Source: Blasia pusilla (taxonomy: Eukaryota). Taken from it: a stretch of DNA of 64,000 nt. The notes beneath the pieces were generated by a model. That model was not told the DNA's origin, searched no databases, and worked only from the letters and a program-made list of their open reading frames with translations. The stretch lies in assembly GCA_050084515.1 (NCBI GenBank), contig CM114271.1, positions 47,616,001 to 47,680,000 of the forward strand, read 5' to 3'. Shown here piece after piece: positions 34,989 to 49,426 of the stretch. How positions within the stretch are numbered: the first letter of the stretch is position 1; each line of letters opens with the position of its first letter. Both the position numbers and the translations under genes were made by a program.

Positions 34989-37555
34989 ACCGACACAATT
35001 TGATCGCTTATTTGCTGCTGCTTCACTCCCTTTTCTCGCCCTTATTTGCAACTTGTTACTCTGCCAAGCTCTTTTGCCGCAATTCCTCTCATTCTCTGGG
35101 TAAGACTACCAGTGACTGCGGAACCCATCCCGCCGCTCGTGGCGAACATCACAATTTGTCGAACTTTCAGTAAACGTCTGATGATTGTCCAAGCGGAGAT
35201 CCGTATTGACCTGCAGGAATTTGTCAATTAATTACATAGGTCAGAAAAGACTGTACCAACATCACCAGAGAATTGATATCTAGAACGGGTGAGTGACTGA
35301 CAGCTAAAACCAACTCATCTTGCTTTCTTCTCGCGGTTTAGCTGCGACGTTTTTCGAAATTTGTACGGTAAAATTAGACGGATTTTCTATCCAGGTAGGC
35401 CTACGACTTACAGGCGACACGCTTTTTATTATTTCGATCACTCGACTCTTATAGTCGTCATAGAGAAATCCTAGACGAACATACACCTGGAATTGCGCGC
35501 TCTCCCCTACACCCTTCTCCGTGACCATCATCTCTCCCCAGTTCGCGTATCCAGCCGTACACACATCCACAACTGTACTAATCCTGACAAATGGCTCATG
35601 CTGCTCACGAACTTGGTAGAGCCATCCGGTTTACGCCTTTCTCCAGTGCTTCATTTGAAAATTTGCGAAAATACGAAGATCATATTACGACATGTTGCGG
35701 GAAGCTCACAGGTCCATTTTTGGACACCAGAGCTAGTTTGAGTTAGGGTTAGGGCTCCTTACAGAGTAGTACCCAGAGAGTCGCAGTGTAGCCACTTTCG
35801 CATCGTCGGGGATAAATGTACACAACCATCCTGGCGATGAGTGTCGAAAAGCTAACTTTGTCGATGGTTTGTTGATAACTACTGCCGGAGCTTTGAGGAG
35901 TCCGCGTTCTACATGCAGGATGTGCGTGGCTTGTCTCAAGACCCTGCGTAAACCGATACTCGTCAGTCCTCTCATCAGAAGCTTGGCTGCAGTGTAATTG
36001 GGAAAGGTCCATATTGCTTGTCTGATGCGCAGTTTCGTCTCTTAATTAGACGACTACCTAATTGCTTAAGTGGATAGTTCGAAGGCGGCGAAAATTCGAA
36101 GCTATCACAGCTTTGATGAAGTGAAAACACAGTCAGTTTTCGAAGCCAGGTTGTGAAAAGATTAAATTGAGTTCTCAGAAGCAGGGCTCAATCTTTAGGT
36201 CGAATCAAACTGGCCATACGCATAGCACTGCTATATAGTGTGCTCATAGATTTCTTGTATAGCACGTCCCGATATAGCCCGCTTCTATATTTCAATCAAG
36301 GCTTCAAACTGGATCGTCCTACGGCGTTTTCCTCGAGGATACATACCCGCGTTTTGATTCCCTCGCGGGGCTCAACTCCGGGTATTTGTGGGACTTCAGG
36401 CGTGGTACGAGGTTATGTACTTTTCAAGAGAAGAGATGAGTGCAAAGTGCGGAGGTTACCAATTTAGTAAAGGCCAGAGTGCTTCGGAGCGCTGAATCCC
36501 ACAACCGCGTGGACAGTGCGCTTAGAGTATTGCATCTGCGAATTGATACAGCGAGACTTGAAGATCACCGGTTATGGTGGGTGAACTCCCACACGTACTT
36601 CGATTCGAAGTGAGACTACGGGAACAAACCAACCAGTGCGTCTACAGTAATGAATCGGTGGATTGGTTCCTCGAGACTTTCGAATCAGTACGGACGGCAT
36701 AATCCACTGCTGATAATCACACTGCGTGTATTCCCACACACAAGTCACTTCTCTAGTAAGAAAACGCGCTTGCAGTCTCGCATGACTGGATTCAATCCGT
36801 GAGAATTTCGATTCCCTTCGAATCCGCGAGGAATCCCACACGACATGTTCGCTTCTCAGTGACACTTCGTAAAATAGAGCATCCCAAACATTCATAGAGC
36901 CCACCCAATCACAGCCCTTTCCTTCCCGAGCAGTCTGCTTACGTTCCAGTTGGCGCTACCAATCAGTGACACGCGTCTATTTATTGAAGGCTACTACAGC
37001 AGTCATACTCCAGCACCGGTGCGTTCTTGCCCACCAAGGTAGAGGAGGCGACGGTCCACCAACGGCAGTCGCACCAGGCGACGGTTTCTTCGTCGGACCG
37101 TCGGATACGTGGTACCAATTCAACGAGGGAAGTGTCGCGTCTGTGACAAATTGGACGGTCTGGAGCGACGGTAGAGGAGCGCCGCTCCTGCGAAGGAAGG
37201 AATTATTATTACAGTGCGGTGAAGAGGTCTGGACAGATTGTAAAGCGAAACTTTTTGCAAATTATTTCACAGAATTTGAAGTGTTCTTTGATAATTGTGG
37301 CGCGATGATTTGCGGATGCTCCGAAGAAATTGTAGCGCGAGAAGGTTTCGTGGAAATTCTGTACTCTGAGATCTATGAGATCGGCAGATTGTTTGATTGC
37401 GAAAGCTGGACTGGACTGGTGGACGTGGGGGCCAGCTGGGGTTGTTCACCACTTCTTGCTTATGGCTATTAGTGATCTTCCAATTTTGTGATGCTTGGGG
37501 AGAAATCTCACTCAGTCAAGATTTGTATTTCGAGTCTTTCCAAAACTGTAACCCA

Positions 37556-40500
37556 ATGAGCAAGTTTTTCAAGAATTTAGGGCGGAAAGGAGTCGATCTG
37601 GTGAAGCGAAAGATGGACAAAAATGGTGATGGCGAGACTGGAGCTGCTGCTTTTGTTTCCGGTCCTGGTCCGGATTACAATATAGTGGTGAATCCCACCT
37701 TTACTGAAGGGACTCTCGGGTGGTTTGGCTTAGGATGCTCTTTGTCTGTGGGCACGACAGGCGGATCTACCTACTGCATTGGTTATAACCGCAAAGAGCC
37801 GTGGCAGGGTATTGCCCAAGAGATCGGCGAAAGATTGGAAACTGATGTTGAGTACAAAGTGGAAGCTTGGATTGGAATTGGAGGAAACGCAGAAGAAGCC
37901 ACCGTTTCGGCCACCTTGAAGGTCGAACATGAATCAGCAAATACTGACTACTGTTGGATAGGAAGGTCCGCTCCTAATCCATCCGTTTTCTCTCTCTAAA
38001 CTGCACATTCCTCGAAGACTTTTAGGAATCTTACCATACTGCGGAGAAATTCTTTCACCTTGTTGTCTAAAGACGATGCCATGCTTTGGGGAAATATACG
38101 AGGAATTTCTCGGACCCTAATAGGATACATGCTTTGCTTCTGTACGATGGAAGGAATAGGAGATACCGTATGCCTTCCATGTGCTCATATATTGCAAGAA
38201 TAGATTGTTAAGTGGATTGCCGATTTGGTCGGGCCTTTGCGTCGACGTTCATCCACAGACGCATCGGTAGAACTCAGAGAAATGGTTTCCGAAAGTGGTC
38301 GCCTATCCCGTAGGCTGACAAGTTACTTGTTGTACAGTGCGCAAGTTACAAGGGGACAGTGGGTACTCCTGTCCGGCAATCTTCGGGTCAGCAACCTGGG
38401 GCAAAAAGCCGTGCTGTACATGGAAGGCCCCCGTAGTGGTGTTGACATTTTCGTCAGCAGCGTTGCCGTTGTACCTTCGATCTCCAATAGCCCCCTATCG
38501 GTGAGATTACCTCTTTTGCTCCTAATCATTATCGTTGCACTTAAAGTAAAGTAATGCCTTGGAGAGGCTCAGCACATCAAGAATGGTATGAACCAGCTGT
38601 CACTGCTTTCTCTCGTCCTTTTCGTCTGTATCCAATTGCCACGATCCCTGCGCGAACGAACAACCCGTGAACTCTAGATTTAAATAGATAGGAACAATCA
38701 AACCGATAGATACGAAATAAGGAAAGTAGATTGTAGTTCAAACTCATAGTGATACTTCAAGGTTTATGCAAGTTCCTTAAGACCAACCATACTGTTTTGT
38801 GCTTAGATGTACATCTCTCGTGCCAGTTGGGTACAGACGGAAATGTCGAGAGTAGTCACCGACCGATTTAGTCAGTTGGTTGAGTTAGTTAGTGAGTGCT
38901 GGCAAGATTTCTGTTCTGGCTCTGAAGTACACACATTTCTTGTCTTTATTTTTCCAGGGTAATCAGCCTCAAATGTTGGACGAACAGGTAAGCATCAGAG
39001 TCATGGGAATTATCAACCGATCACAGCACTCTGTATTGTTATTCGACCAGTCGTTGGAGTATTGTATTCTAGTACCTAAAAGCGATCAAATGTTTAGAAA
39101 CCTTGAAAGGCACAAAGGTTACCGAACTTTTTGGAGGCCACGACTGAGAGGGGGTTGGTAGGAAGTAGCTTGATAGTCAGCTTGATCTTCTAAACCTTTG
39201 GCACAGGTGAGTTAGACCCATGTAGCTCGTACCTTAGTTAGGATTCAGAATATCCTTCGTAGGCAATACTCTAGGATTGACATCAAATGATAGATAGAAC
39301 CAGGAATTGGCTCCTCTAGTGGTTGAGGCCCGATGCAGGAATGCCACTGTAATGATCTTCGTGAAGATGACTGTCCTTAATTGTATCCTCTGCTAGAGAC
39401 AAACGATTTATTCTTGGTTTGTGTGTCGTCAAGTCTGTTCTTGCCTGAGGATAGTATATGGATTTGTTTTTGACAGACAAGCAGCGCTCTAACTAGAGTG
39501 CCACGAGGCCTCATCCAAAACCATACATTTGAAGATGGTTTAAAGGGATGGACTCCAAAAGGTTGCCAGACGTCTTTGAGTCAGGGCATGAATGGTGGCG
39601 CTGTTCGGCCTTGCAGTGGGAAGTACTTTGTTGTAGCATCAGGACGAACAGAGGGATGGCAGGGTATCGAGCAAGATATAACAGGACGCATAGAGGAAGG
39701 TACTCTTTACGTGGTGACTACCATGGTTCGTATCAATGGGCCTATAACTAATGCAACGGTGCTGGCAACACTGTTTCTATCAGGAGACAACGTCAAGGAT
39801 CAATATATGACTCTAGGAAGGTACCTTGTCGATAGCAAACTTCTTCTCAGCTGTCTGTTTGCCTCCACTTGATGGCACCCTAAGCTGGCTATTGGATGTC
39901 ATTTCCACCAGTGGTAGTCATAGGTGCGAATTTCCTCGAATCTTGTACCCTACGAGAATTAGTCGAGCACCAATATATGGATGACCAATTGATAGGTTTT
40001 TCTGTTTTATTTCATCGCTTGCCACTTTGTTGAAGTCAAAATTAAGTCTGATGCAATTATGGTGAGGAAGTTTTGGGGGTGTCCGATGAATATATTGTAC
40101 TCTGAGGGTGGCAACAGTATGAATAGAATTTGAGGCTTACCCGGTCGAATTGCTTATTGGCACAGCGTGAACGCATCAAATACGGAGTGGACAGAATTGA
40201 CTGGAAAATTTCTTGTGAATAAGGTACCAAAGCGTGCCACAGTTTACCTCGAAGGTCCTCCAGGAGGTGTAGATATTCTTGTGGACAGTCTCAGCGCTTT
40301 TCCTCCGGTCAGAGCCAAACCTGCAGGGCCTCCAACTTTTAAGGTCAGTATATATTCATCGATCATGTGTAAAGAGAATGAAGCTGTTGACCCGCTGTGT
40401 TTTGTAGGCGTTATTGAGATATGACTACTGGATGAGGGGTTATGAGATGGATATCTCTCCGAAACTTTGTCATTTGGTATTTACAAGAAACATCTCATTT

Positions 40501-42679
40501 GCCTTGATTTAGTCTGGGATGAAATAATGCTACATTTCAGTAAGGTACTTGTCCGCTTCAAAGTTTCTGAGAGCAGGTTATCTCCATGCTGTAAGTAAAC
40601 ACTTCAATGATAGTCAAACTTTTCCTTCTCTGAGTCTTTAGAGGCCCACCTCCTTGCAAGCCTACTACGGCTAGTAGAAGTCCATGTCATTGTAAACTAA
40701 GCTTACTCTGAAATTGCAAGTCGCTTCATTTTCAGAAAGGACACGTAGTGAAGGCACTCGTCAACTAAAGGTGATGCGCTACTTTCACAAACTTCCGTGG
40801 CTGTTTCTGCTAGACTTGAAGTTTCATTTGTTGTCTAATATTGGGTTTGTCAATGTTCTTCACTGCAGGATCCAAAATACGGTGCAAACATTGTGAGAAA
40901 TAGTAACTTCGATAACGGTTTAGCTGACTGGTTCCCTCAAGGTTCTTGCCGGTTAAATATTGCTTCTGGAAGCCCCTCTTACTTGGGTGTTGCTGCACAG
41001 AGGTCCTTCATAACGACAGCTCCACCAGCACTAAGTGGAACCTTTCTGCTAGTGACAAATCGTTCCTATGATTGGGAGGGTCCTGCACAGATTGTAACAG
41101 ATAGAATTCAGCTGTTCATGTCCTATCAAGTCACAGCATGGGTTGCAACAAGGTCACATCAAGCACCAATGAGTTACAAAGTGGATGTTTGCCTGAGTGT
41201 GGATGGAAAGTGGCTACAAGGGGGCGAGGTTATGGCAGGTGAATCCTGGACGGAAATTGTAGGATCGTTTCGATTAGAGAAGAAGCCTGAGAAAGTGATG
41301 GTCTACCTTCAAGGCCCTGGCGCAGGTGTGGATATGATGGTGGCAGGACTGCAAATATTTGCAGTGGACCGATTGGCAAGAGTGCCTATGCTACGCGACC
41401 AAGCAGACAAAGTAAGTTAGCATCTGGACGAGGATTCAATTGTTACCCATGGACAGCCTATCCCTCTCGCGAGTGTGTGTGGAATGGCTCTCGGCATTGA
41501 CCCACGTCTAGATACTTAATTTTCTTACGTATCTTTGTTGACTTCGATTTGATTTGGTGTATGCAGGTTCGCAAGCGTGATGTGGTTGTAAGGCTTCGAG
41601 ATTCAAATGGGAACCTTCTTCCGCCAGGTACACGGGTTTCCATTAAACAAACGAGCAACAGCTTTCCAATTGGTAGTGCAATAAACCATTACAGTCTTGA
41701 GAATAAAGCCTATAAGAAGTACTTCGCGGAGACTTTCAACTGGGCAGTATTTGAGAATGAGCTAAAGTGGGGTTGGATTGAGCAGACCCAGGGTGTAAGC
41801 AAATTTGAGAATGCCGATGAACTCTTGGAGTTTTGCTTAACCAATGGAATACAATGCCGAGGGCATTGTATATTGTGGGAAACAGACGACACTGTCCAAG
41901 ATTGGTTAAAGATCTTACCTCCACCTCAGCTAGCGGAAGCCGTCCAAAACAGGGTCTCCAGCCTTTTGTCACGTTACAAGGGCAAGTTTCGGCACTATGA
42001 CGTTAATAATGAGATGCTTCACGGATCATTCTACAAGAATAAGTTAGGTCCTCAATTCCTGCCGTATGTTTTCCAGCTTGCCCATCAGTTTGACCCTGAG
42101 GCTGTACTATTTGTGAATGATTATCATATTGAGGACGGCTGTGATTGCAACTCATCGCCGTCGATGTACATCGAGCATATTCAAGATCTCAGAGCCCAGG
42201 GTGCCCCTATTGGGGGTATAGGTCTACAGGGCCACCTTGACGTTCCTGTCGGACCGGTTATTTGCCAGGCTCTTGATCAACTAGGTACACTAGGAATTCC
42301 AGTATGGTTCACGGAGGTAGATGTCGAATCTATCAACGAGTTCGTCAGAGCCGATGATTTGGAAGTGGTTCTGCGCGAAGCATTTGCCCATCCTTCTGTT
42401 GAGGGGTTTATGCTGTGGGGATTCTGGGAGGGTACCATGTGTCGGAAAAACGCGCAGCTAGTTGACTCGGACAAGAGAATTAATGCAGCTGGACTCAGGC
42501 TCAGTGCTCTAAAGCGGGAATGGCTAACAAACTTGGAATCTGAAACAAGTGGGAACGGCGAGGTAGTTTTTCGTGGGTTTCATGGCACATACACAGTATC
42601 GGTGGAGGGAGGGGGGGTCTCAAAGAACTTTGAAGTTGTGAAGGGTGTTGGTCACTTACAGGTTGACGTGGCTCTTTGA
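37556..42679 (+). CDS. Endo-1,4-beta-xylanase, glycoside hydrolase family 10 with three N-terminal CBM22 (CBM_4_9-like) modules, ~926 aa
   Basis: Exons 37556-37965, 38338-38500, 38958-38987, 39477-39820, 40166-40343, 40869-41411, 41567-42679 (2781 nt, GT-AG, phases consistent). Three N..F..G..GW/WxG..Q modules. GH10 motifs FENELKW, RGHCILW, DVNNE (acid/base), GLQGH, WFTEVD (nucleophile). Confidence 0.93.
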
Positions 42680-44749
42680 TCTCCAACTCAATCTGATCTT
42701 TAGCAGTGAAGCTGTCGGAAGCTGATCCAAGCCAGAGACTCGGTGCATATTCTGAAAGCAGTACTTGTATAAGCAGGGTACGATCCAATTGGCGGACGGC
42801 ACAAGGGTTCTGAAAGTTAGTTACCGATGAGATTTCTTAAGATCAAGTAGGAGGAACACGGCCATTCGCTCCATTCTGATGCAGCTAATCATCGAGACGG
42901 CCAACCTCCTTGTTTACTGGTTCACGGGGTGAGAATTGAGTGGCGTTGGAGATAGGATTTGATATCCAATGTCAAACCTGGGTACCACCGACTTTCTGAA
43001 CAGGCTTCGAAGAGATTCCTTATTAATTTCGTGATCATGTGCAGCAGTTGGGCGAAAACCTACCTAAACTGGTTTCAGACTGGGACAGAAGTCTTCTTCT
43101 GCCGAGATGTTATCCGAAAACGGAGAGCAAGTTGCCAGATTCAGCGGAAGAAGAGACTTGCATAGGCTATCAATACCTTGTTCTCTGTTGCTTATGGATA
43201 AAATATGTGTATTTTTAGAGAATGTACGAATTTTCGATACACGGTTTTGAAAGCCAACCTTCATCATAATTTTGAGCGCAATGGATGACGTGTAGTTGAC
43301 ACTGATGGTACTTATCCTCCAATCTGGTGACCGTATCAAAAATTTGATTTGTGCTATTTGTGCAGGTTTTGACTCCTTGAGTCCCCCTCTTTTGTACTTC
43401 CGATGGGTTTTCCATCACTCGTTTTTATCGAAGTGCATCTTTGATCCAGTGCAAAGGGACGTTCATGGGTCTCTGAAGCCGTACACGATGGACAGCAGCA
43501 CTACTTTAGGGGGAACTCCATCTCGAACTGCTGCACCAGTGTGTATATCAGCGATTGTCAATTGGGCTTCCTGCCCATTATTCGCTCCGCCTTAAGAGCA
43601 CGAGTGTTATGACCTCTCACCCATAAGCACGAATCCCTTAAATTGCCGCGGTCTTGCGGTTAAGACCGTTTAGTGTAGGTCTTAGGGTAGGCCTCAGAGC
43701 CAGGCGCCTCGGCAGGGCTTTAGGATCGACAGTATCCGGATAACGGTTGGCGGACACGCCCTTTAAGCGCTCGGCAATCTGACTATGGTACACGTCGACG
43801 GGTTTCGCTTTCGGCTCATATCGGATATATTCGGACGGAATTCTGTTCGACGTCTCTCACTTTTGTTCCGTGGGTCTGAATGCCGACTTCGGATTGCCGT
43901 CCGTGCGACGTGGGTGTGACTGCCGTCCGACGCTTGAGCACCGTCCGTCCGTCCGTCCCCTTTTCCCGTGTGTTTCGTTTTCCGTTCCGTACTACGTTGC
44001 CGCCGCTGTTCCCTTTTCAAACGAAGCGGTTCAGATCGGATTAGCCCCGACGATTAGCCCTAATCGTTCGTGTTTAGGTGATGGAAACCGGAATACTCTG
44101 GGCTTCGTATTGTGAACTTGCAAATGTGTCGTGGAGTCGATGATTAGTGCAGATTAGTGACGATGAAAGATTGGATTAAGACATGATTAATCCGAAGTTC
44201 CTTTCGCTTGGTAGTGATTTACATCCATCGCAGCAGCCCATTCGGATTTCTTAGCAGCTCAATGTGATGTCATCGTATGGACGACATTTTCACTAGTATC
44301 ACATTTCGGTGTGTGAAAGATATGCTCCATTGAGGTTTCTTGCTCGAATTTCAGTTACACATTCCATTGTGTTTTTTGAACGTGGTAAATCGTTTCCAAA
44401 TGATTAACTTAAACCCAATGAAACACCTATGCTTGCCATCTCCTCGTACATATGATATAATCACTCACAATCACCTCTCCCGTGCCCCCGAAAGCAGGTA
44501 TTCAATCCCAAAAGGAAGTGTTTTCTAATCCGGCCTAGCCCCGAATAATCACAAATCCACCATGATCAGATTCTCATGTTAGCAAGGTATCAATTCGGAT
44601 ATCAAAACTGTTGGTGGTGATAGTAGAAAGGATTTCATTCATTTGAATATGACTATAAGTAAAGCGGATGCTGAAATTATGCTGTAATTATACTGATTCG
44701 TTTATTTGAACACGGACCTCATTGTGTTCGTATTGTGATGTTGCATCCT

Positions 44750-46230
44750 TTTATGTAGGAGTTAATCCAAGATCTTCCAAGCATTTCATAGTATTGTTCC
44801 TGCCTGTCTTCATGGTGAAATATACTAAATACTCCGGTAATTAGACTGTGATAGGATCCAGAACCCCTTGCCTCGTCCATTTTTAAGTGAACATCTCAAT
44901 TGGTATGGTCACCGTAAAGAGGCATGGATCCCAGCAGAACGGGTTGACAACTTTATCCATGGTGAAGAACATAGGCCACATTTCCAAACTACCTTCTGAA
45001 AAAGTAAGACCGATATATCTGGTCAGAAATGTGTCACCATTCGATATTGGTGCGCATATGGGTCGCATGATTACAGGAAGTCGGCTTGGATCTCCTTTCC
45101 CAAGGATGTCTTTGACCCTAACACTCGTCCCAAACGTGGGAAGGGTAGTAGACCGGAAAGCCAGAGCAAACGCCTTGGCCTATCTTAAGGCCGGGGATGT
45201 CAATTCCACTTTGCGGTAATAATTCCAGTAGATCGTCCTGGTTTTTGTATGTTGAGGCACTTGCACACTAAGCATGTAGACAAGGAGGGTCATGTATGCA
45301 ATGGTGACTTAGACAAGACGACGGACATTACAAATGCAATTGTTGCCCCAAAACTGAGTTCGCATTGTAGGGACTTTGTAGAGCGCTTGTTACGATTAAA
45401 TATAAGCCCTTCAATATCATGAAAGAGCATACGAGGTGGATCTGTGTCCACGTTTGCGAGAACCCCACTCACAAACTTGCGTGGGGGAGGGATGCCATGC
45501 TAAAGGCCCAAGATATTTTGAATATTAAGTATTCAATGCGAAGACGAGAATAGGGATATGATGGAATGGATGATGCAACTGCAATTCAACATTGGGTACG
45601 AGCACATCCAAAGAATGTCATATACTATAGGGAGGAAATCTCCAAGTTGGACCAGCCATTTTACCTTGTGCTTTCAATACCTTGGATGCTCTTGAATCTC
45701 ATAGAGCTAGGGAACAGCGGAGCCATACCCATGGATGCCACGCATGGCACCAACACTTATGAGGTTTTTTTTAGTGCCAACACCACCTTCATACTTGCTG
45801 AAATCTGTGTTTATTATACTATGAGCATTCTGCGTATTGTGTGTTCAGATATTTGGTTATCAAGCGATTAGCACAACTGCACGTACTAGTCTGGAATGTG
45901 TATCCCTTATCATTTATTAGAACTACAAGAAGTATCCATTCCACCTTTTGGGAACTTATGTCAGAGTTTTGCCATGAATTCAGCATGATCTTATTCTAAA
46001 CACAAGGTTACTTATGTTCACAGTATCAATTATTCACTCTGTTAGGATTTGATAAGTTCCAGAACGGCCTGCCATTAGTATGGGCAATCCTACAGCGTCA
46101 TCAACATCAAGATCTGGTGGAGACCTTATCCCAAATCAAGGATTGGCCCAATAGTAATATACAAGTCGATTGCGGGCAAGGACCAAGCGCAAATCAATGG
46201 AAGCCCTCTTGCTTCATTGTAGATGATTAC
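44750..46230 (+). pseudogene. Truncated Mutator-like transposase relic
   Basis: RYWCAYGSHD, GRGCQFHFAV, HTKHVDKEGHVCNG, IPMDATHGTN (first D), intron, YQLFTLLGFDKFQNGLPL, WKPSCFIVDD (second D). Stops and frameshifts present. Confidence 0.75.
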
Positions 46231-48257
46231 AAAGAGCACAATTGATGTTGAACATTACCGTAACTCTATGGAAAGTAATATTCCGGAACATGTGGAATGT
46301 TGTATTCAAATTTTTTTCTCACTTGAACATTGCAAAGTTGGTGTTCCTGCAAAAAATAATGCATTCAATCCCCGTGAGGAAGTTGGCTCGAGGGTTGGCT
46401 TGGTGTTGCTTCGGGAAACATGCTTTAGTTGTTACCATGTAAGTATGTTAATAAGTAGTGGTAGTTTAACCTAGTCAGGAGCGTTCCACAAGACATAACC
46501 GCATTGATCGTCCCGGAAAAACCTGTAGCGTCATCCGCACTGTACATCTTTCCTCTATATTAGTCATGGCTATGCGAGATAGTAGCAACTAAAAAAAATG
46601 CTTCGGATGGCCTCCATACCCTACCCCTGAGGTCTTCTCCTCTTCATAAAGTCTTAGCGGCCTAAACTCACGACCTCTAAGTTAGTTGTAACTAGAGTTG
46701 TCCCTAATCGCCACTTACGAAAAGACGCTTAGGATTAATCCACTCCGCTTGTCGATGGAATGGAATGAGCTTCTGGAATGGTGTTGGTGGTTTGGTTTGC
46801 ACTCGTAGTAGAACGGAAACCAATCGGCCTTGAACACACTGAATGGAGTGTTCAAATTGTGAACACCTCGCGAGAGGTGTCCAATATTGCCCGAAAATGC
46901 ACCTTCGGCGTTGAAGTTATTCTTTTCGTATATTCATTCTTCTCACAATGGAGACAAAAAGAAAGCCTTCATTCACCATGGGATTTTAATCTTAGATGAA
47001 ATCTCACAAAAATGCTTTCATTATAGGCAAATACAAAGTTCATGTCACATTTTTGCCTATTTTTTGCCTCAGAACTGCACTAGTACAAGAAAATGTACAT
47101 CCTGCACTAGAACCGAATGTGCTAGTAGCTCATCAGTCACAATAGCGCCTCCAAGCTTGCACCTGAAAATAGAAAACTCATACATAATCAACATATATGG
47201 GAGATGCAAATGGGGAATGCAAACTAACTATATGTACACAAGTTCTATCCATTCACCTGTTGTGAAGTTTCAAGAATGTATAGCATTCGGTATAGCAGGC
47301 TGGAGTGAGGCAAAAGCACGACCGTGGCCGAAATCCCTGCTCAACACAAACATGACAAACATGTCAAGGCAACAAGCAAGGGAGTAAACAGAAAGCTACT
47401 CAAAGTTGAAAATGCCAATAATGCAAAGAACAAAAAACATTGCAACGGAGTGCCTCACCTGTGCAAGGACAAAATGGCAAAACTAATCCTTCCATAAAAG
47501 CGGAAAAACTGATCCTTCCATCCATCTCCTACAGAAAATTCCTAAGAAACAGAACGAAGACACTCACATGAAGGAAAGCAGGGGGTTGGTATTCTGGCAG
47601 GAGAGAGGAAGAGAGGAGAAGAAGAGAGGAGAGTCTCTCTTCAAAAAAAAGGGCCAAATCCTCCTCCTCTCTTCAAAAATTTTTGACATATTTGAAATTT
47701 TTGTTTGCTTTCAAATTCATGAAATCTTTAGAAGAAAGTAGGTAGTGGTCCACATTCGGGCCTAAAGAAACCTCCTTTTTCCAGGGGGCAAAAAACAAGT
47801 AGACATCATAAGACCACTACATCACTCTCCATGTGAGCCTAAGTTTCTTCACATTGCCTGTCTCAGTCTACAATAAGCTGTGCCCAGGGGTATTTTTGTT
47901 GGAGGGCCATTGGCAAATAATTTGACCAGAAGTAGCAATCTCATCTCAATGAAATGATCAAATAAAGACCAACTTTGTGAAATGTGAACACATGAGATGA
48001 TAATTGAACCAAAATATTGTTAGCTGTCTGGAGTAAAGAGGAACTAATGTCCCTTCATTCAGATCCTAAATCTGAGAAACCGAGAAGCTGCACCCCTCCC
48101 AATCCGTCGGAATTTTACAGGTTGCAACTCTTGCAACCCGTCCGAATCAGATGGCTTGCACCCCTTGCAAGCAAGCTCACCATAACAAAGGAAAGATTTT
48201 GAGAAGTGATTCCATTCCACCCTGCACCCACGAAAATCCAATAGGTTGGGAGGAGGA

Positions 48258-49390
48258 AATGGCAATCCGACATGTAGTAGGAATCCTGCACATCTTAGAC
48301 AAGAAAAGAAGCCTACAACTGGTTTGACGAATCTAGGGGAACGAGCCAAAAGTGAAAAAGCCGGCCACAATGCGTCAGAAGTTGGTCTCATAGGAAAGAG
48401 TCCGATCACTCAAGCAGCCAACATGTCGGAATCCGACAGCTTGCCTGGAAATGGTTTAACATTTGCAGTGGTCAAAAAGTGAAAAGTTGCAACCCGTCGG
48501 AATCATACGAGTTGCAAAATTGTAATTCTGAGTAGCTAGAAGAACACAATCCACAAGTCCAAAAAAAATATTCATCAAACTTTTCCAAACACCATTATCG
48601 GTTGAAAAAATCTCGTCCTTTATTACATCCAAAGGAATCTCGGAAATGTACATTTGACCTAGTCTATGATTTCTTCAGCCTCGTCATCTACAAATCTACT
48701 CCTAACTCTCCTAGGTTCCTGTACAAAAGGAATGTCCTGGGATACAAGTGGTTCCTCTGGCCGATTGTAAACGGGGATAAAAAATGTTGGCGAATTCGAG
48801 AGCCTTGGCCGCCCCCTAGGTACACCATAACGGTCCCATGTAACGTGATTTGAGTCCCACCGCCTTCCTCGGCAGTATATCTTGTACGCTCTGCAATGTG
48901 ACACCCATCCAGTATCAATATGTGCTCCGTCCTTGGAAATACCATGATGGCAATCCAACAAGTAGGAGGAATCCAACATGTCTTAGAGAAGAGAAGAATC
49001 CTACGCCTTGTTTGACGATACTAGGGGAAGTTGCCAAAGTGAAGAAGCCCGCCAGAATGCCTCTAAAGAGTCTGAAAGAGTCCGATCACTCATGCAGCCA
49101 ACATGTCGGAATCCGACAGGTTGCTTGGAAGTGGTTAAAAAGGTGCAGTGGTCAAAAAGTGAAAAGTTGCAAGCTGTGGAAATCCGGCGGGTTGCAAAAT
49201 AGAAGTCCTCAGAGTACATAGACGATCATATTCGACAAGACCAAAAAAGATATTCAGCAAACTTTTACAAACACCATCATCGTTCGAAAAAATCTTGTCC
49301 TTTATTACATCCGAAAGAAGCTCGGAACTGTACATTTGATCTATTCTATGAAATCTTTTGCCTCGTCATCAAATAAATCCCTACTCCAAA
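48258..49390. repeat. Diverged direct duplication (~48258-48700 and ~48947-49390; ~690-bp period) inside the MULE
   Basis: Colinear blocks ATGGCAATCC..GTAG.AGGAATCC, GTGGTCAAAAAGTGAAAAGTTGCAA, GTCCTTTATTACATCC occur twice. Confidence 0.8.
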
Positions 49391-49426
49391 CGCTGCAGTC
49401 AAGCTGGATCCTTGAGTTCTTCGACC

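Noticed and set aside
36966-37555. 168-aa ORF and upstream extension of the xylanase exon-1 frame
   Set aside because: Non-ATG starts and no recognisable motifs; most likely 5' UTR/promoter.
43600-44120. GC-rich CCGT-repeat region that may be the left end of the 44750-46230 MULE relic
   Set aside because: No partner TIR or TSD was found within the window.
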